Below are positions 48,629 through 64,000 of a DNA stretch of 64,000 bases, piece by piece. The DNA is from the human T2T-CHM13v2.0 reference genome, Homo sapiens. The position numbers were made by a program, and so were the translations under genes. Numbering within the stretch: the first letter of the stretch is position 1; every line of letters begins with the position of its first letter. The notes under the pieces were generated by a model that saw only the letters and a program-made list of their open reading frames with translations, was not told the DNA's origin and did no database searches. The stretch lies in the NCBI RefSeq assembly GCF_009914755.1, contig NC_060937.1. One strand, given 5' to 3'.

Positions 48629-49954
48629 TAGAAGTTCAGGAGAGAGATGGTGGCTTGTACTGTAATAATGTCAGTGGCTGTGGTGAGCCATCAACTAAGA
48701 TATATTTTGTAGGTAGAGCTGACAGAAGTTACTGATGGACTGGATCTGGGGAGTGAGGGAAAGGGAAAGGATGACTCCTAGGTGTTTGGCTTAAGCGACT
48801 GGGTCTATGGTGGTGCCATTTTCTGAGATGGAAAAGCCTGTAAAGAAATACTAATACAAGCACAGCTATCAGTGGGCTGCTGAGTACCAGCCTCTGGGCT
48901 GAAGCTACAAATTTAGAGTCATTCAAAGCTATTTCACTGGATAAGACCATCCCAAGAGAAGAAAAGAGATGGCAAAACTGAGCCCTGGAATCTCTGTCTT
49001 TATTTAGAGATGGACAGAGAAAGAAGAGGAAAACCTACAAAGGAGACCAAGAAAAGAGACCACTGTCTACAGAGGAAGGGGAGAAATCACAAATGTCATG
49101 ATGTTTCCGGGTTCCAAAGCTTCCAGGAGGAAGGTGAATGGTTGCATCCATCCATCTGGTCTATCTGACAGCCGGCCCTGTTCTTTTTGGTTCACGTGGT
49201 CTTTAGTAATTTACTAAATAACCAAGAAAACCAGGAGCTTTGGGTACCAGGCAGCACCTCCATCATCAGACTCTACGAAGATGGAGTTTCAGGTGGTCCC
49301 CAACAGCTAATCTGATTTCTCCACTGTGGGCATGGACAGTAGAAATGCAACCATTACTCTTAAAAGTTGTATAGTACTGATCTCATTTATCATCTGTAAT
49401 TTGTCATTAGTTTAAATGATCTATCATTTATTTAAAATGATATCTAGTCTATATGGTAAAATTTACAAAGAAAATTTTTGAAAATTATTCTAATCCCACT
49501 ATACAGAGATAATCACCACCACAATATGATGAAATTCATTATAGTCTAGCTTTTCTTAGCTAGACTTTTTTATTTTATTATATTTTATTATAAAACAGTA
49601 TTCTCTTTTGTTAAGAAGAATGCAAGCAACTGTGGTAGAGAGGTAGGTGAAGACAATACAGTGACTACTGAATTTAGATATTGCTAGTGACCTTGACGGT
49701 TTGGGTAGAATGGTTGAGATGGAAATGCTATTGTTGTAGGTAAAGGAAGAAAGAGGTGTGGAAGCGATGGCAAACATTAAAAACTGTTCTTTCAAAAATG
49801 TTGCTGTGAAGAAGATCATAGAGGTAGAACTGGAAAGGAATGTGAGGTTAAAGAATTTTTTTCTCTCTGCATATTCCTTTATTTTTTAATGTAAGGAATA
49901 CTAGATAATATGGATAACTCAGAGGAGTAGAATAGTTTTTGATGTCTGCATGAC

Positions 49955-50663
<709 letters not shown>

Positions 50664-51778
50664 GTGACAAACCTGTTCCCTCAGTACTCATCCCCTGGAC
50701 AACAGGTATCAGGACATCTTATGTTAGTCAGAGTAGGGTGGGTTACACTGTAGGAACCAGCCCCACAAAAATCTCAGGAACTGAACAAAATAAAGGTTTA
50801 TTCTTGCTTGTAAAAAGTCCAATGCAGGCACCGCACTCCTGAGTAGTTCTATTTCAAACAATCACTCAGGGAGCTGGGTAGGGCCCTCAGGAATGTGGAC
50901 CTTCAGGGGCTGCAGGAGCAAAGGGAGAATAAAGTCTCTCTCATAGCTTCCAAGAGACTTTCAAGGGCAGATAGAAAGGATCAAAGGCTGCCAAAAGTTC
51001 AGAGAGCTGTCCCCAGTAGAATAATGAGGTAAATGCAGATATCAGAGTGTAAGGAGAAGGGAGCATGTGTGTGCACGTGCAGTACGCTGAAGAATGGGCA
51101 AGATCGGGAGGGAGATGAAAAGGGGAAGCGCCCACCACTCCCATCTGCAGAGCCCATGCAAGAGTACAAATACAGGTCCACATGCCATATATCCAAGTAT
51201 TTAAAATTTGAAATATGTTTTATCTTCCTACCATGGTGAATATCCCTTCATCAGGACCCGAGAAAGCAGGTTTGAATTTTGAAATCTTTGACTCCTCACT
51301 GCTCTGCTCTGGAGCATGGTGGCTCAGGTATAGCTAGCATTGGGCCAACCCCTGCCCCTCTCTCTTCCCACTTTGGCTCCATCCTACAAGCAGCTGCCCC
51401 TTGGCTGCCTCTTGGTCTTAGCAGCGCAGTTCACTTTCAGGAGGCTGGACCAGGGGAAAGACCTGAGCAGCCCTAAAAGTGGGGTTGAGACCACAGGGCA
51501 GGGGATTCTGTCTGGGGCTCCATTTGATCTAACAGGAGGGGTGGGGGCTTTGGGTGCGCTTGCCCTTTGTCTCCTCACCAATGGGGATGTACGTAGCCCG
51601 AGGAAGGCCAGAGCAGGGCCTCTTTCCAGGATGAAAGGGCAGTCCTGATCCCAGGCAAGGGATGCAAGAAGAACAAGACCATGGAGGCAGGAACACGGCA
51701 GGACTAGAAAAGAGGGGGCAGCCCTGGGGAGAAAGAAGCCTGGAAGCACAAGCAGAGGCCAGAAAATGTTCAAGGAAG

Positions 51779-52066
51779 GGCTGGGCGCGGTGGCTCACAC
51801 CTGTAATCCAAGCACTTTGGGAGGCCGAGGCGGGTAGATCACTTCTGAGACCAGCCTGGCCAACATGGCGAAACCCCGTCTCTACCAAAAACAGAAAAAA
51901 ATTAGCTGGGCATGGTGGCACATGCCTGTGGTCCCAGCTACTAGGGAAGCTGAGGCAGGAAAATCGCTTGAACCGGGAAGCAGAGGCTGCAGTGAACTGA
52001 GATCACGCCAACTGCACTCCAGCCTGGGCGACAGAGCGAGACCCTGTCTCAAAAAAAAAAAAAAAA
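51779..52066 (+). mobile_element. Alu (S-type)
   Basis: Dimer with small left-arm deletion and A tail. Confidence 0.92.
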
Positions 52067-52539
52067 GTGCAAGGAAAAATACACAATTTGCTTAACCTAT
52101 GTGGTTAAGCTCTTCAATCCTCAGTCCCCTTGGCTTGGAGAGCTGCCCAGATATGCGAGGATGCAAAGGTTCTCGATTTCTCATGTTTGTGCTGAAGCTT
52201 CCCAATTGTGTCTGCAGCCTGCTACCTCAGCATTACTCATAAAAGTATTGTTTTAGTTTCTAGTGAAGTGAAAAAGGGGAACTACGGTTTTCCTTCCCAT
52301 ACCAGTTGAGAAATTATTTAAAGACAGAGATCCTTAAATGCTTGTTTTAAGGAAGCACGCTTCTAAAAATGACACACTTCACCCTCCTTTGGCGATGAGT
52401 TCAGGAAGGCTTCCTGCAGGTAGCATCTGACGGTGGCTAAGCCAGCCATGCAGGCTCAGACCTGGGGGCAGAAACTGAATGTCAAACCCCTTCCTGACAT
52501 GTCTACCACGTTCCTTCCAGCAGGTTTGAATTCCGAAGT

Positions 52540-52865
52540 CTCAGACAAATGACCACACTCTGGGTGGTTTAAAACAACAGGGTCAGGCGCAGTGGCTCAG
52601 GCCTGTAATCCCAGCACTTTTGGAAGCCGAAGCAGGCAGATCACCTGAGGTCAGGGGTTAGAGACCAGCCTTGCCAACATGGTGAAAACCCGTCTCTACT
52701 AAAAATACAAAAATTATCCAGGCCTGGTGGCGTGCGCCTGCAATCCCAGCTACTCGGGAGGGTGAGACAGGAAAATCACTTGAACCCAGGTGGCGGAGGT
52801 TGAAGTGAGCTGAGATCGCACCACTGCACTATAGCCTGGGTGACAGAGCAAGACTCCATTTCAAA

Positions 52866-52898
<33 letters not shown>

Positions 52899-53293
52899 AC
52901 CCCAGGAATTTATTCTCTCATAATTCTCAATGTCAGAAGTTTGAAATCAAGGGGTCAGCCATGTTGGGTTTTTTTTTTAAGGCTCTGAGGAAGAATCTGC
53001 CCCCTGCCTCTCTCCGGCTTCTGGGGGCTGCCAGCAATTCTTGGTGCTCCTTGGCTTGTAGATGCATCACCCCAACCTCTGCTTTTTTTCTTCCCTGCAT
53101 CTTCTCTCTTCTCTCAATTTCCCTTTTCTTATAAGGACACCAGTCACTAGATCAAAACTCATCCTAATGCACTATGTCCTCATCCTAACTTAACCACCTC
53201 TGCAAAGACCCTACTTCCCAAAAGGCCACAGCACAGACACCAGCATAGACCTTTAACATATTCTTTCATGGGACACAATTCAACCCACAACAG
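52540..53293 (-). mobile_element. MLT1 (B/C-like) LTR interrupted by an Alu
   Basis: accacactctgggtggtttaaaacaacag...aatttattctctca...gggacacaattcaacccacaaca. Confidence 0.8.
52581..52900 (+). mobile_element. AluS
   Basis: Dimer with (CAAAA)n tail. Confidence 0.92.
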
Positions 53294-53546
53294 TAGCTAT
53301 TGTTCTAATCCTTGTATTACAGATTATAAACTGAGACCCAGGGAGTAACTTACCCAGAGATACAGAAAATAAGGGGTATGACTCAGTTTGTAATCTGTCT
53401 AGACCTCATTATTACCATTTGCCCTTGCTTGTACCAGGCCTTTTAGTGGGTGCTTCATTTTCATTTCTAATCCTTATCTCAACTGCAGAGAGTCATATCC
53501 CTCATTTTACAAACAGAGGCTTAGATAATTTAAATGGCTTCCCCAG

Positions 53547-53968
53547 TGTCTGAGTCTATTTGTGTTGCTATAAAGGAATACCTGAGGCTGGGTGATTTAT
53601 AAAGAAAAGAGGTTAATTTGGCTTATGGTTCTGCGGGCTGTACAAGCATCGCACCAATATCTGCTTCTGGTTAGGACTTGTGGCTGCTTCCACTCATGGT
53701 GGAGGGGAAGGGGAGCCTGCGTGTGCAGACTCCCCTTGTATGGAAACAGAGGAGGCAAAGAGAGGGCAGGGAGGTGCCAGGCTTCATAACAACCAGCTCT
53801 CATGGGAACTAAGAGTGAGAACTCACTCATCACCACAAAGGTGCCACCAAGCTATTCTTGAGGGATCCACCCGCATGACCCAAACACCTCTTATTAGGCC
53901 TACCTTCAACACTGGGGATCAAATTTCACCATGAGGTTTGCAGGAGTCAAACAAGCCAAACTAGAGCA
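53547..53968 (-). mobile_element. MST (MSTB-like) LTR
   Basis: tgtgttgctataaaggaatacctgaggctggg...cttcaacactggggatcaaatttcaccatgag. Confidence 0.85.
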
Positions 53969-54999
53969 CCAAGTCACCATGGGTAGGTAGAAAGTGGCAT
54001 ATTTGGGATCTAATCTGAAGTTGTGGCCAATAATTCTCACCCAGGTCAACACACCAGACATCTTTGGGATGGCTTGCTCCTCCTCATCCTATAGCCTCTG
54101 CCTTGAGATGGTGTAACTTCCTCCCTGCAGTTGAGAATCATGACTGTAAATGACACACTACTGGAATTGCCCATGTGAAGAGTGCAGAGGCAGAAAATGA
54201 ATCACTGACCTTTACAGCACTGCAACTGATGCCTCACAGTGGGTAATGGTCTGACCAAGCATTCATCTTCTTTCCGGCAGCCAAGGAAGAGTTGAACAGA
54301 AAACCCACACAATCAGGAAGACCCATTAAACAGCTATATATGCCACAACTAATTACTTCCTTATGGGGTGCTCCATGTGGGCTGAAGATCACTTCCCTAA
54401 CAGGTGCCTTCCTGGGAAGAAGCCTCTATTATCACATTGGAGAGGAACAAAGTCTCAGACAAATCCCATACTGCAGTTATTTAAATGACCTCATTCTTCC
54501 TCAAAATAGAAAATCAAAAGCATCACTTCCTGGCAACTGCTGTGCACTCTTCCTTAATATCAAAGATATGTAACACACACAGGCTCATCAGTGCCTTACA
54601 AACATACAAACCCTGAGCACAGAGCCCTTCAAGCAATGCTTGAGCCATAGCAGCTGCCTTAAATCAACACTGATGTGAGAAAACACTCTGCCCAATGCCA
54701 CTTCTGCAAGTTGGAGCAACACTTACCAGTTAAGGTTGTTTTTACTCCTTTGTCTTGAAAAGACACCACAAAAGAAGCAGGGCCTAAGCATGGGCTTTGG
54801 AGGCAGGTGGACTTGAATGTCAACCCCAGCTCCATCATGCACTTCCTGTGGGAACCTAGGAAAGTTATTTCTCTTCTCTAGGCCTCAGTTTCCTTGCCTG
54901 TAAATGGAGATATAGACATCTGCCTCAGAAAGGAATGTGAACATACCACTCTTACCCTTGATTCTTAACAGGGAATAGGAGCAATGGGCAAGAATGAAA

Positions 55000-56388
55000 C
55001 ATTGTTTGAAGTCTGGTTTTATTTATTCTATGTGCCTCTACACTTCTATAATACTTAGAAAAGATCTGGCTTAAATAATGGATGTGAGCACAGTTCTGGC
55101 AGAGGCACTGCGGATGAGAAAACAATTGACAGAATGAGAAGACTGAATGAAAAGAGATTGACAGAAGTCATTCATTTCTTTCATGTGCTCAGTACTATCC
55201 CATTGAATAAAACACACTCATACACATGGCTGGATGGGGTTAGGGGACAATCTGTGACGCTTTATTGCCTGCCTGTGCTGTCTGAGAAAATCAAGGTAGG
55301 TTTAGTTAGGGCATGTGAATCCCAGGGAATGTAATGCCCAAGCCCTAGGTTGCAAACCGTTCAGTCTAAAGGTATACCATGAAGGGACCCAGCCTCAAGG
55401 CCCCTTTCTCAAGTGGGAGAAAGTATATAGAAAGTAGAAGAAAAAAGAATAGGCTCACATGTTTCAGGAAAACATATAAGAACTATTAGAAAAAAGAAAT
55501 TCATAAAGGTTTTGTGATTCATTTAACCTTATTAGTCAATGTCTATGATTTTAATGTTATTACTAGAATCACACTGTTCATTATTTCCCCCAGTTCGTTT
55601 AAATCTGCAAATACCTTATGTTCAGTTTTACATCTGTTAAAGCAAGATCCTCAAGGGCAGGGATGGAATTCTACTCACTTCTGCATCCCTTGACATTGCA
55701 GTGTGTGGAACAGAGATGACAAATACAGGTTCAATTTGTGCCACCTGAAAGAGTGCCATCTAGAAGCAGTTGCTTCAAACTGCACTTCAACGGGACCCAC
55801 ACGCCCTGCTAAGCAACTCAAACTCATCATGAAATAAATCTGCAGAAGAAATGTGTACTCTCTATTCAAACTCTGAAGTAAATAAAATGTGTATGATTGA
55901 CACAATCACAAAATGGCATTTAAGTGGAAGTCTGCTTCCTGAAGAAATAAAAGCCAGAGCAAACAGATTTGGGGTCATATTTTTGTTCACTGAAAGGACC
56001 AACCAGTTTCATCAAACAAGCTTTAGAGAAAGAGAAACTGAGTAATTCATCTTGTCAGTTACAGTTCACATATATGCACACACATACAAACTGGCTCAGC
56101 ATCAGTGAAACATAACTATTCAAATACAAAAGTATAAAAAACCTCTTTAAAAAACCAATAGCAGCCAAAACAGAACATTTGTAAACAAAACCACAACTAT
56201 CAGCCCTGTGCTTAAACACAGAATCTGCATTCTTTTGAAACATTAAGTATATGCAATAAAGAGAATATAGACCATCTTTTTCCTTAATATACAATACCCA
56301 ATATCTAAAACAATGTCACCAATAATAGACACAAATCGGTGTTATCATAAGGCATGTTGAACAGTCTTTTTCACAGTACTCAGGGGCA
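55000..56388 (-). other. RUBCNL: RUBCNL 3'UTR (proximal-poly(A) form, ~1.4 kb; end approximate)
   Basis: Largely repeat-poor sequence between the stop codon and overlapping AATAAA hexamers at 55027-55018. Confidence 0.7.
55018..55027 (-). terminator. Poly(A) signal (AATAAATAAA) of RUBCNL
   Basis: + strand reads tttatttatt. A U/GU-rich stretch (TGTTTCATTCTTG on minus) follows about 15-30 nt downstream. A further AATAAA lies at 55266-55261. Confidence 0.7.
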
Positions 56389-56501
56389 TCATGTTGCTGC
56401 AGAGGCCACACTTTCCAGAAGTTTTCTCCTCGCTGTGATCCTCGCACACCGGGGGCACTCGGAGGACTGGAAGCACTGTTTGTGAAAGCAAGCCCTGCAC
56501 G
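56389..56501 (-). CDS. RUBCNL: RUBCNL last exon, coding part: (A)[36 protein letters not shown]-stop
   Basis: Acceptor ctctcttccttgcttgCAG|CG; TGA at 56391-56389; FHxxC...CPRC zinc motif. Confidence 0.96.
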
Positions 56502-57300
56502 CTGCAAGCAAGGAAGAGAGCCGTTAGCAAACGGTCTATCTTGTTTTCTCACATTTCTGCAGACATTCGTCTCCATCCTAGGGAGGGAGAGGGGTCTGAA
56601 TCCAGAGCCCAGAGTCTTCTAAAAAGAAACCAGCCAGGCTGAAACGCACGTTTCAGCAGGTCACATTTCAGCAGACCTGTTGGACTCTTCCAACAGGTCA
56701 TGAACAGGAGGCTCAGAGAGCCTGATGTAACGGACACTGCAGTGCCCCCTGGATCTGCTCAAGCACTGAGGCAGGCGTTTCCCCAGCTGCCAAGAGAGGT
56801 GGTGGCTGATAACTCTTGGGAAGCCACATTGTTTCTCTAGATATGGCCCTACATCGAGAAAGCTGCTTTGTCCCCTTCCTGGCACCAGCCTGCATTCAAT
56901 GACTGATCACTATATAGTGAGTAGGCCGGCCCCAATTTGTCCCCAGTTTGGAACAATGCTGAAAGGCCACCAAACTCCAGAGCTCCCCGTGAGATGAGCT
57001 GAGGGCTCCACTGCAACCCCACCACAGTTCAACTTCTCCCTCTCCCAGTCTTGCTGCCTGCACACCCCTACAGGTATTAAGTTGAAGAACATGAAACTTT
57101 TTGTAGGCAAGTCTCTGCCCCAGAGTCTCTTTGCTGGGGAGCCAGTCCTGCAACACTGCCTAAAGGGTTGGGGAGACAACACTGGAGTGGCCTGAGAGGA
57201 GGATATGCCCCTATCAAGGGTGAAGGCAGAGTTCATTACCAGGATCTCTCCCATTAAACAGAGTTTACAGAACACGGGATTCTCTCGGGCACTAATACCA

Positions 57301-57420
57301 CAGAAGGGTCGGCAACCTTTTCTGTAAAGAGCCAGATAGCAAATGTTTTAGACCCTGAGGGCCATGTGGTCTCTACAACAGCTACTCAACTCTGCCTCCG
57401 TGGCACAAAAGCAGCCAGAG
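57301..57420 (+). mobile_element. MER58-type hAT DNA transposon fragment (intronic)
   Basis: gggtcggcaaccttttctgtaaagagccagatag...cagctactcaactctgcc. Confidence 0.75.
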
Positions 57421-57744
57421 ACTTCACCACTGGGCATGAATGATCCAATTACAAGACAGAGAGGTGGGCACAGGCAACAAAGGGACCATCTCCTCTATCC
57501 AAACCCTGCACCAGAAGACATTATCCTTTATCCCTGCCCCACCCAAATACTCCTCCTTCTGTGCCCAAAACTTCATTATCTCCAATCCAGCATACAAGCA
57601 CACACCAGCATGACTGTACTTTAAATAACTGTGCTTAAATTATTAAGCTATTATTCAGCTTAAGTTAATTTTGTGCTTAAGTTACTAAACTTAGTTTAAT
57701 TAGTTAACCTATTATTAAGCTTATGTTATTAAGTTATTAAATAC

Positions 57745-57835
57745 CTGAACATCTTCTACATGTTGCTGTCTGAAATGGGAAGATGACAGTCGTATTCTGG
57801 CAAAATTCACAAATAAAGCCCTTTCCTTGACACAG
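57745..57835 (-). CDS. RUBCNL: RUBCNL penultimate coding exon (91 nt): [30 protein letters not shown](A)
   Basis: Acceptor cttttaCAG|CTG, donor CAG|GTATTT. Completes the C-x2-C-x2-KGFICE-x-C motif typical of RH domains. Confidence 0.96.
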
Positions 57836-58214
57836 CTGTAAAAGAAGACATCAAAAAGTTACAACCTTCTCTTGATGGATAAGCTGAGTTTTCACTATTA
57901 CAGAACTTTATAAACATCAGTGTTTCAGTGTCTATGATTCCAGCCTCTAGAAGGAAAAGGATGTTGTTTTGCAGCAATGAATGGGTCAGAATCAAAAAAA
58001 AGATAAAAATGTACATTCAACCAATTCCATATCAAAGCAGTTTTAAAGTACCAGAGTAAGGTCCTAATTGTAAACATGCACTCTGAAATGATCTAATTTC
58101 ATTTATCATTGCTGCACTACAATTCTTCAATCCGTGTAGACACAGAGCCTCCTGTTCCATTGAATCCTGGTTCCACATGACTATACTTGGTGCATCAGGG
58201 CAGAGTGGGCCCTG

Positions 58215-58420
58215 AGCAGAACTGGGCACCCAGATGAAGTCCATTGGTCCAGGCTTGCATCCCGGCTCTGCCACTTACCAGCAGGGGTATCTCAGCTGTT
58301 ACTTCACAGCTCTGACCTCAGTTTTCTCATCTCTAACTAGGTCACCGGCACTTCCCTCAGGGTTTGTGAGAGTTAAATGAAGTCAAGTGCGGAACACCCA
58401 GCACAGGCCCTGGTGCATCG
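58215..58420 (+). mobile_element. MIR (intronic)
   Basis: tcccggctctgccacttacca...cctcagttttctcatct...gtgagagttaaatga. Confidence 0.75.
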
Positions 58421-58450
58421 GGAACGAATCTGCTCTGGGTGCACCCTCAC

Positions 58451-58604
58451 CTCACAGCCAGCCACATGTGCAAGGGAAGCTTTCAGAATGTCCTTGAGTA
58501 AGGGTGCCAGCAGCCCTTTCTTGATCCTGACCAGGTCCTCAAGGGAGAACAGGTGGAGCTCATCAGTCAAGTGTCCCGGCACCTGCTCGAACTCCTTTAA
58601 TGCA
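58451..58604 (-). CDS. RUBCNL: RUBCNL coding exon (154 nt): (S)ALKEFEQVPGHLTDELHLFSLEDLVRIKKGLLAPLLKDILKASLAHVAGCE
   Basis: Acceptor ctctctggCAG|T, donor GAG|GTGAG. Overlaps ORF 58373..58582 and is in frame with its neighbours. Confidence 0.96.
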
Positions 58605-60151
58605 CTGCCAGAGAGGAAACAAAGAGGAATTCAGAAACCCACCCACACAGAGGACAGGGAAGAATGGGGCCAGTTGTTTTCTCTTGGCACTCACACTTAA
58701 TTTTTTTTTAACTCAATTTAAAAAATAAATAGCTCCAAGAACAACAGTGAACCATGCTCGCCACCATTCTACATGTTGCAAGTTTGCTTGGAAGCCAGGA
58801 AGTTAAAATTCCATGAAAGCTGATTTCAAAAAGCTGAATAAGCAGAGACCTGTATCTCTTACAGCCTGCCCATGCACACATTGAGCAAAAGAAAACTGAG
58901 CATTAGTTTTTTAGGTCTTAAAGAATGTGAACCTAGTACCCTTTGATTACCAAGTAATCAAAATTCCTACCTTATTTCTTCCAGCTACATTTCAAGTCTA
59001 TCAGCCTTATGGACTGTTGGCTCAGCTGCGAAAATTCTCACTCACTCGGCAAGCCTATGACTTCCAAATGCACGAGTCAGGCACTGAGCTTAAGGCTCAT
59101 GCAGCCAACTGCCAGTGGTCATGGTCCCTAGGGCATTCAAAACTTCATCTTCTCCAAACCCGGCAGGTGTCGACCTGAATTCTCTCAATGGCTAGTAGAA
59201 GCACTATTCCCTGCACTTCCAAGACAGCCATGGCCTACACTGGACTTGGCATGCTACAATGCCAAATTCTCTTCAATTCTGCACCCAGCCTGAGGTGCCC
59301 ACTCCTGCGGCATCCTCTGCCTGGAGAATCCCCAATCCCTCTTCTTTGCTCCACCTTACTCTTCAAGCTCAGCCTTTTTCTCCTGGAATCCTTGCTTGCG
59401 GTCTACCCTATCTCACTCCTAACTGAGCTAAATGCTGCCTCCGTTTGTATCCTCATGGTCCCCCGACACGTGTCTAACACTCAGTCCAGCAGTGATCGGT
59501 TGGTGCTGACCATCCCCCTGGACTTAATACAGATCTACTAATTTTTTTTATCTGAAGCCCAGAATGGATATTCAAGATTTTTTGTACAAGGTAGGAAGTA
59601 TAGGTATTGTTCTATGTTGTGGATGAAAAAACCGAGGCCCTGAGACCAATGCCACGCCAAGGCCATGAAGCAAAGGCTCAAAACCAAATGACTCCAGAAT
59701 ACATGCTCCTTCCCCCAAAATTTAATTAAAAAGCAATACATCATCATTAAAGATTAGAGACTGAAAAAAACGCTTTAAAGCTAAACCATTTATTTAAAAA
59801 CTCTATAATTCCACCAAGTACAATAAACAATCTTAACTTCCTTGAGCAACCTATGCTTTTTCTACTTAAAAATCTCTCTCTCAATGAATTCATGCCTAAG
59901 TCTTTACTGGTTGTATAGTATTCTATTCTACGGACATGGTATTAATGTAAGTACTGCCCTATTACGAACACCTAGATTTTTAAAATAATTTCAACTTTTA
60001 TTTTAGATTTGGGGGTATGTGTGCAGGTTTGTTACACAGGTATATCGCAGGACACTGAGGTTTGGAGTATCAATGATCCCATCACCCAGGGAGAGAGCAT
60101 AATACCTCTTAATAGACTTTTAATGCCTTTTCTTATTTAAAAACAAAACTA

Positions 60152-60445
<294 letters not shown>

Positions 60446-60569
60446 TTAAATCTCTACCTATATCCATCGGTATGTCCTTAGGATAAACTTCCAAAAGTAC
60501 AATTTTTGAAGACCATGGTTCCACTTGGTTAGACATGCCTCCCTATAAGGGGTTTTAAAAGGCCCCTGG

Positions 60570-61385
<816 letters not shown>

Positions 61386-61450
61386 AGGTCACTGGCTAGA
61401 GTTGTTCATCCTCCAACTAAACCATTCTTCTTAATGAGTTAAATTCTCCA

Positions 61451-62118
<668 letters not shown>

Positions 62119-62289
62119 TCCCACTATTGGCTTAGTAATTCAAAGAGATGGCATGATTTCCCAAGGAAAGCCATGAGGTCATCACTGTGCTAAGAAGCCC
62201 TGTGTAATGGGGGAGCCAGATGCAGGAGGCACTAATAGGATTAGCAGATGTATGGAGGGAAGGCAGCCTGTCCCAGCTGAGAATAGTAC

Positions 62290-62351
62290 CTGTTAGCAAA
62301 CCTACAGGTCTTCAACAGCTTCTTGATATGGAAGAGCTGCTCCTGAATTTC
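62290..62351 (-). CDS. RUBCNL: RUBCNL coding exon (62 nt): EIQEQLFHIKKLLKTCRFAN(S)
   Basis: Acceptor cccatTAG|GAA, donor AG|GTACTA. Phase 0 in and phase 2 out, matching both neighbours. Not represented in the ORF track. Confidence 0.95.
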
Positions 62352-62672
62352 CTAATGGGAGAAACCAAACACGGGGAAAAGTTAAATGTAATAAATGACA
62401 CGGGAAAAGTGCAAGTCAAATTTAAATGTTATTTCTAAGCTTGAAATGCTGCACTTGTATAAAACAAACCTTGAAAGCAAACCGCCTATACAGCAAGCCT
62501 TCACAACTGAGTCTGCTGATCCACAAAGTGTGCCCTGGATGGATCCAGGTTTTGTAGAACCTAAAACTTACAGAACTTTGGGGCCTTCTTCAAGAAAAAC
62601 ATAATACTAAGTATAAGATTCAGTGTGGGGCCTTGGAAAGAGCCTGTGCAGGAGAGGGGCTCCAAAGTGTAA

Positions 62673-62987
<315 letters not shown>

Positions 62988-63116
62988 GCTTCACTCGCTT
63001 TATGATCCATTTGCCTCTTAGAGGATGTATCTGTGGGTTCCCCAAGCTAGTGTGATGTGCATTTCCTGCCACAGGACACTTCCAATGAGAGGGATGGGGT
63101 TGGGGCTGCGGCTCAC

Positions 63117-63355
63117 CTTCACTCTGTCCAGCTCCTTGGCTTTCGCATACAGGCTTTGGCCGATGCTCAGCAAATTGAAAATGGGCTGGTGCCATATGCT
63201 GTCGAGCAGCTGTTTGGAGAAATTGCTGACGTAGTACTTCTTGAAGTCCCACATCATCAGGATTCGGGCAGGGATGCACGACTCTGCATATGAGTGGCAG
63301 CAGTCACAGAAATACTTCCCTAGGTATTCGCAGTACCGGAGCCGCTTCACAAACT
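63117..63355 (-). CDS. RUBCNL: RUBCNL internal coding exon (239 nt), RH domain: (K)FVKRLRYCEYLGKYFCDCCHSYAESCIPARILMMWDFKKYYVSNFSKQLLDSIWHQPIFNLLSIGQSLYAKAKELDRVK
   Basis: Lies within ORF 63018..63362. Acceptor ttggCAG|AG at 63358-63356; donor AAG|GTGAG at 63116. The peptide is recognisable as the Rubicon-homology zinc-binding domain of PACER. Upstream exons are outside the window. Confidence 0.96.
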
Positions 63356-63984
63356 CTGCCAAGCATACCGGAGGGTGAGTGCCACACCTGGTGCTGAAAA
63401 CCTATCCTGGTATACCCCGACTTCCAATTCCTACGCAAGATTCAAAGACTCTGATGACTTGTTTCATGATGATAAAGCCATACTCAACCTCATGACAGCT
63501 GGGAAGGCTCCAGCAGAGACTTGGGGAATTAAATCATGGCCATTCATGAGCTCTGCTCTTGTGGAACAGACGTCAGAAAAACAAAACCTTCCCAAAATAC
63601 TCCTGGATTTGGAAGATGGAAATTGCAAACTGCAGTGTAGCAAAAGGAACATTCATTTTAGGATCTGGAAATCTGGGTGGGAGTCCAGACTCCTCTCACT
63701 AGCAGGAAGACTGAAGGCAGGTTAGGCTAACTATTCTGAGACCACAAAATGCAACTCAGAACTGGATCGAGTGTTATTACACATAGGAAAAGTGCTTTAT
63801 AAATTGTGAAGCAGTATATATACAATGTTAGGAAGCAGCATCATAAAGACCTTGATAAATCAATGAGAAAAAAATACAAAAATGCACAAAGGATGGGAAT
63901 AGGTAATTCACGGAAAGAAGAAATGCAGATAACTAACAGAGAAAAACAATCTCAGAAACAAAAAAATGCATATTTTAAAAGTGA

Positions 63985-64000
63985 GGCTGAGCACAGTGGC
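63985..64000 (+). mobile_element. Start of an Alu cut by the window edge
   Basis: ggctgagcacagtggc. Confidence 0.6.

Noticed and set aside
55745-56760. Partial CTCF-like words near 55755 and 56742
   Set aside because: They lack the 5' CCA/CCG core and are too weak to call without ChIP data.
63018-63362. 114-aa ORF as a standalone gene
   Set aside because: It is one spliced RUBCNL exon plus intronic read-through; the listed start lies in the intron.

Overview
Human-type (primate) genomic DNA, mostly interspersed repeats: Alu, L1, L2, MIR, MaLR/ERV LTRs and DNA-transposon relics. The only protein-coding sequence I can support is the 3' end of RUBCNL (PACER/KIAA0226L) on the minus strand. Five exons (63117-63355, 62290-62351, 58451-58604, 57745-57835, 56389-56501) splice in frame through GT-AG sites and encode the C-terminal part of the Cys/His-rich Rubicon-homology (RH) domain. 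A ~1.4 kb 3'UTR follows, with AATAAA signals near 55020. The remaining ~55 kb lies downstream of the gene and has no credible CDS; almost all listed ORFs are repeat-derived or random. I found no evidence of a new multi-gene system. The notable observations are smaller in scale: two old L1 copies sharing apparently non-consensus variants, a tail-less internal L1 ORF2 insertion, a young ~140 bp L1PA2-type insertion, several fold-back/templated micro-insertions, an LTR-donated poly(A) signal that may end a lncRNA, a strong CTCF motif, and inverted Alu pairs. Repeat subfamily names come from recognition by eye and need RepeatMasker/Dfam confirmation; boundaries of old repeats are approximate.
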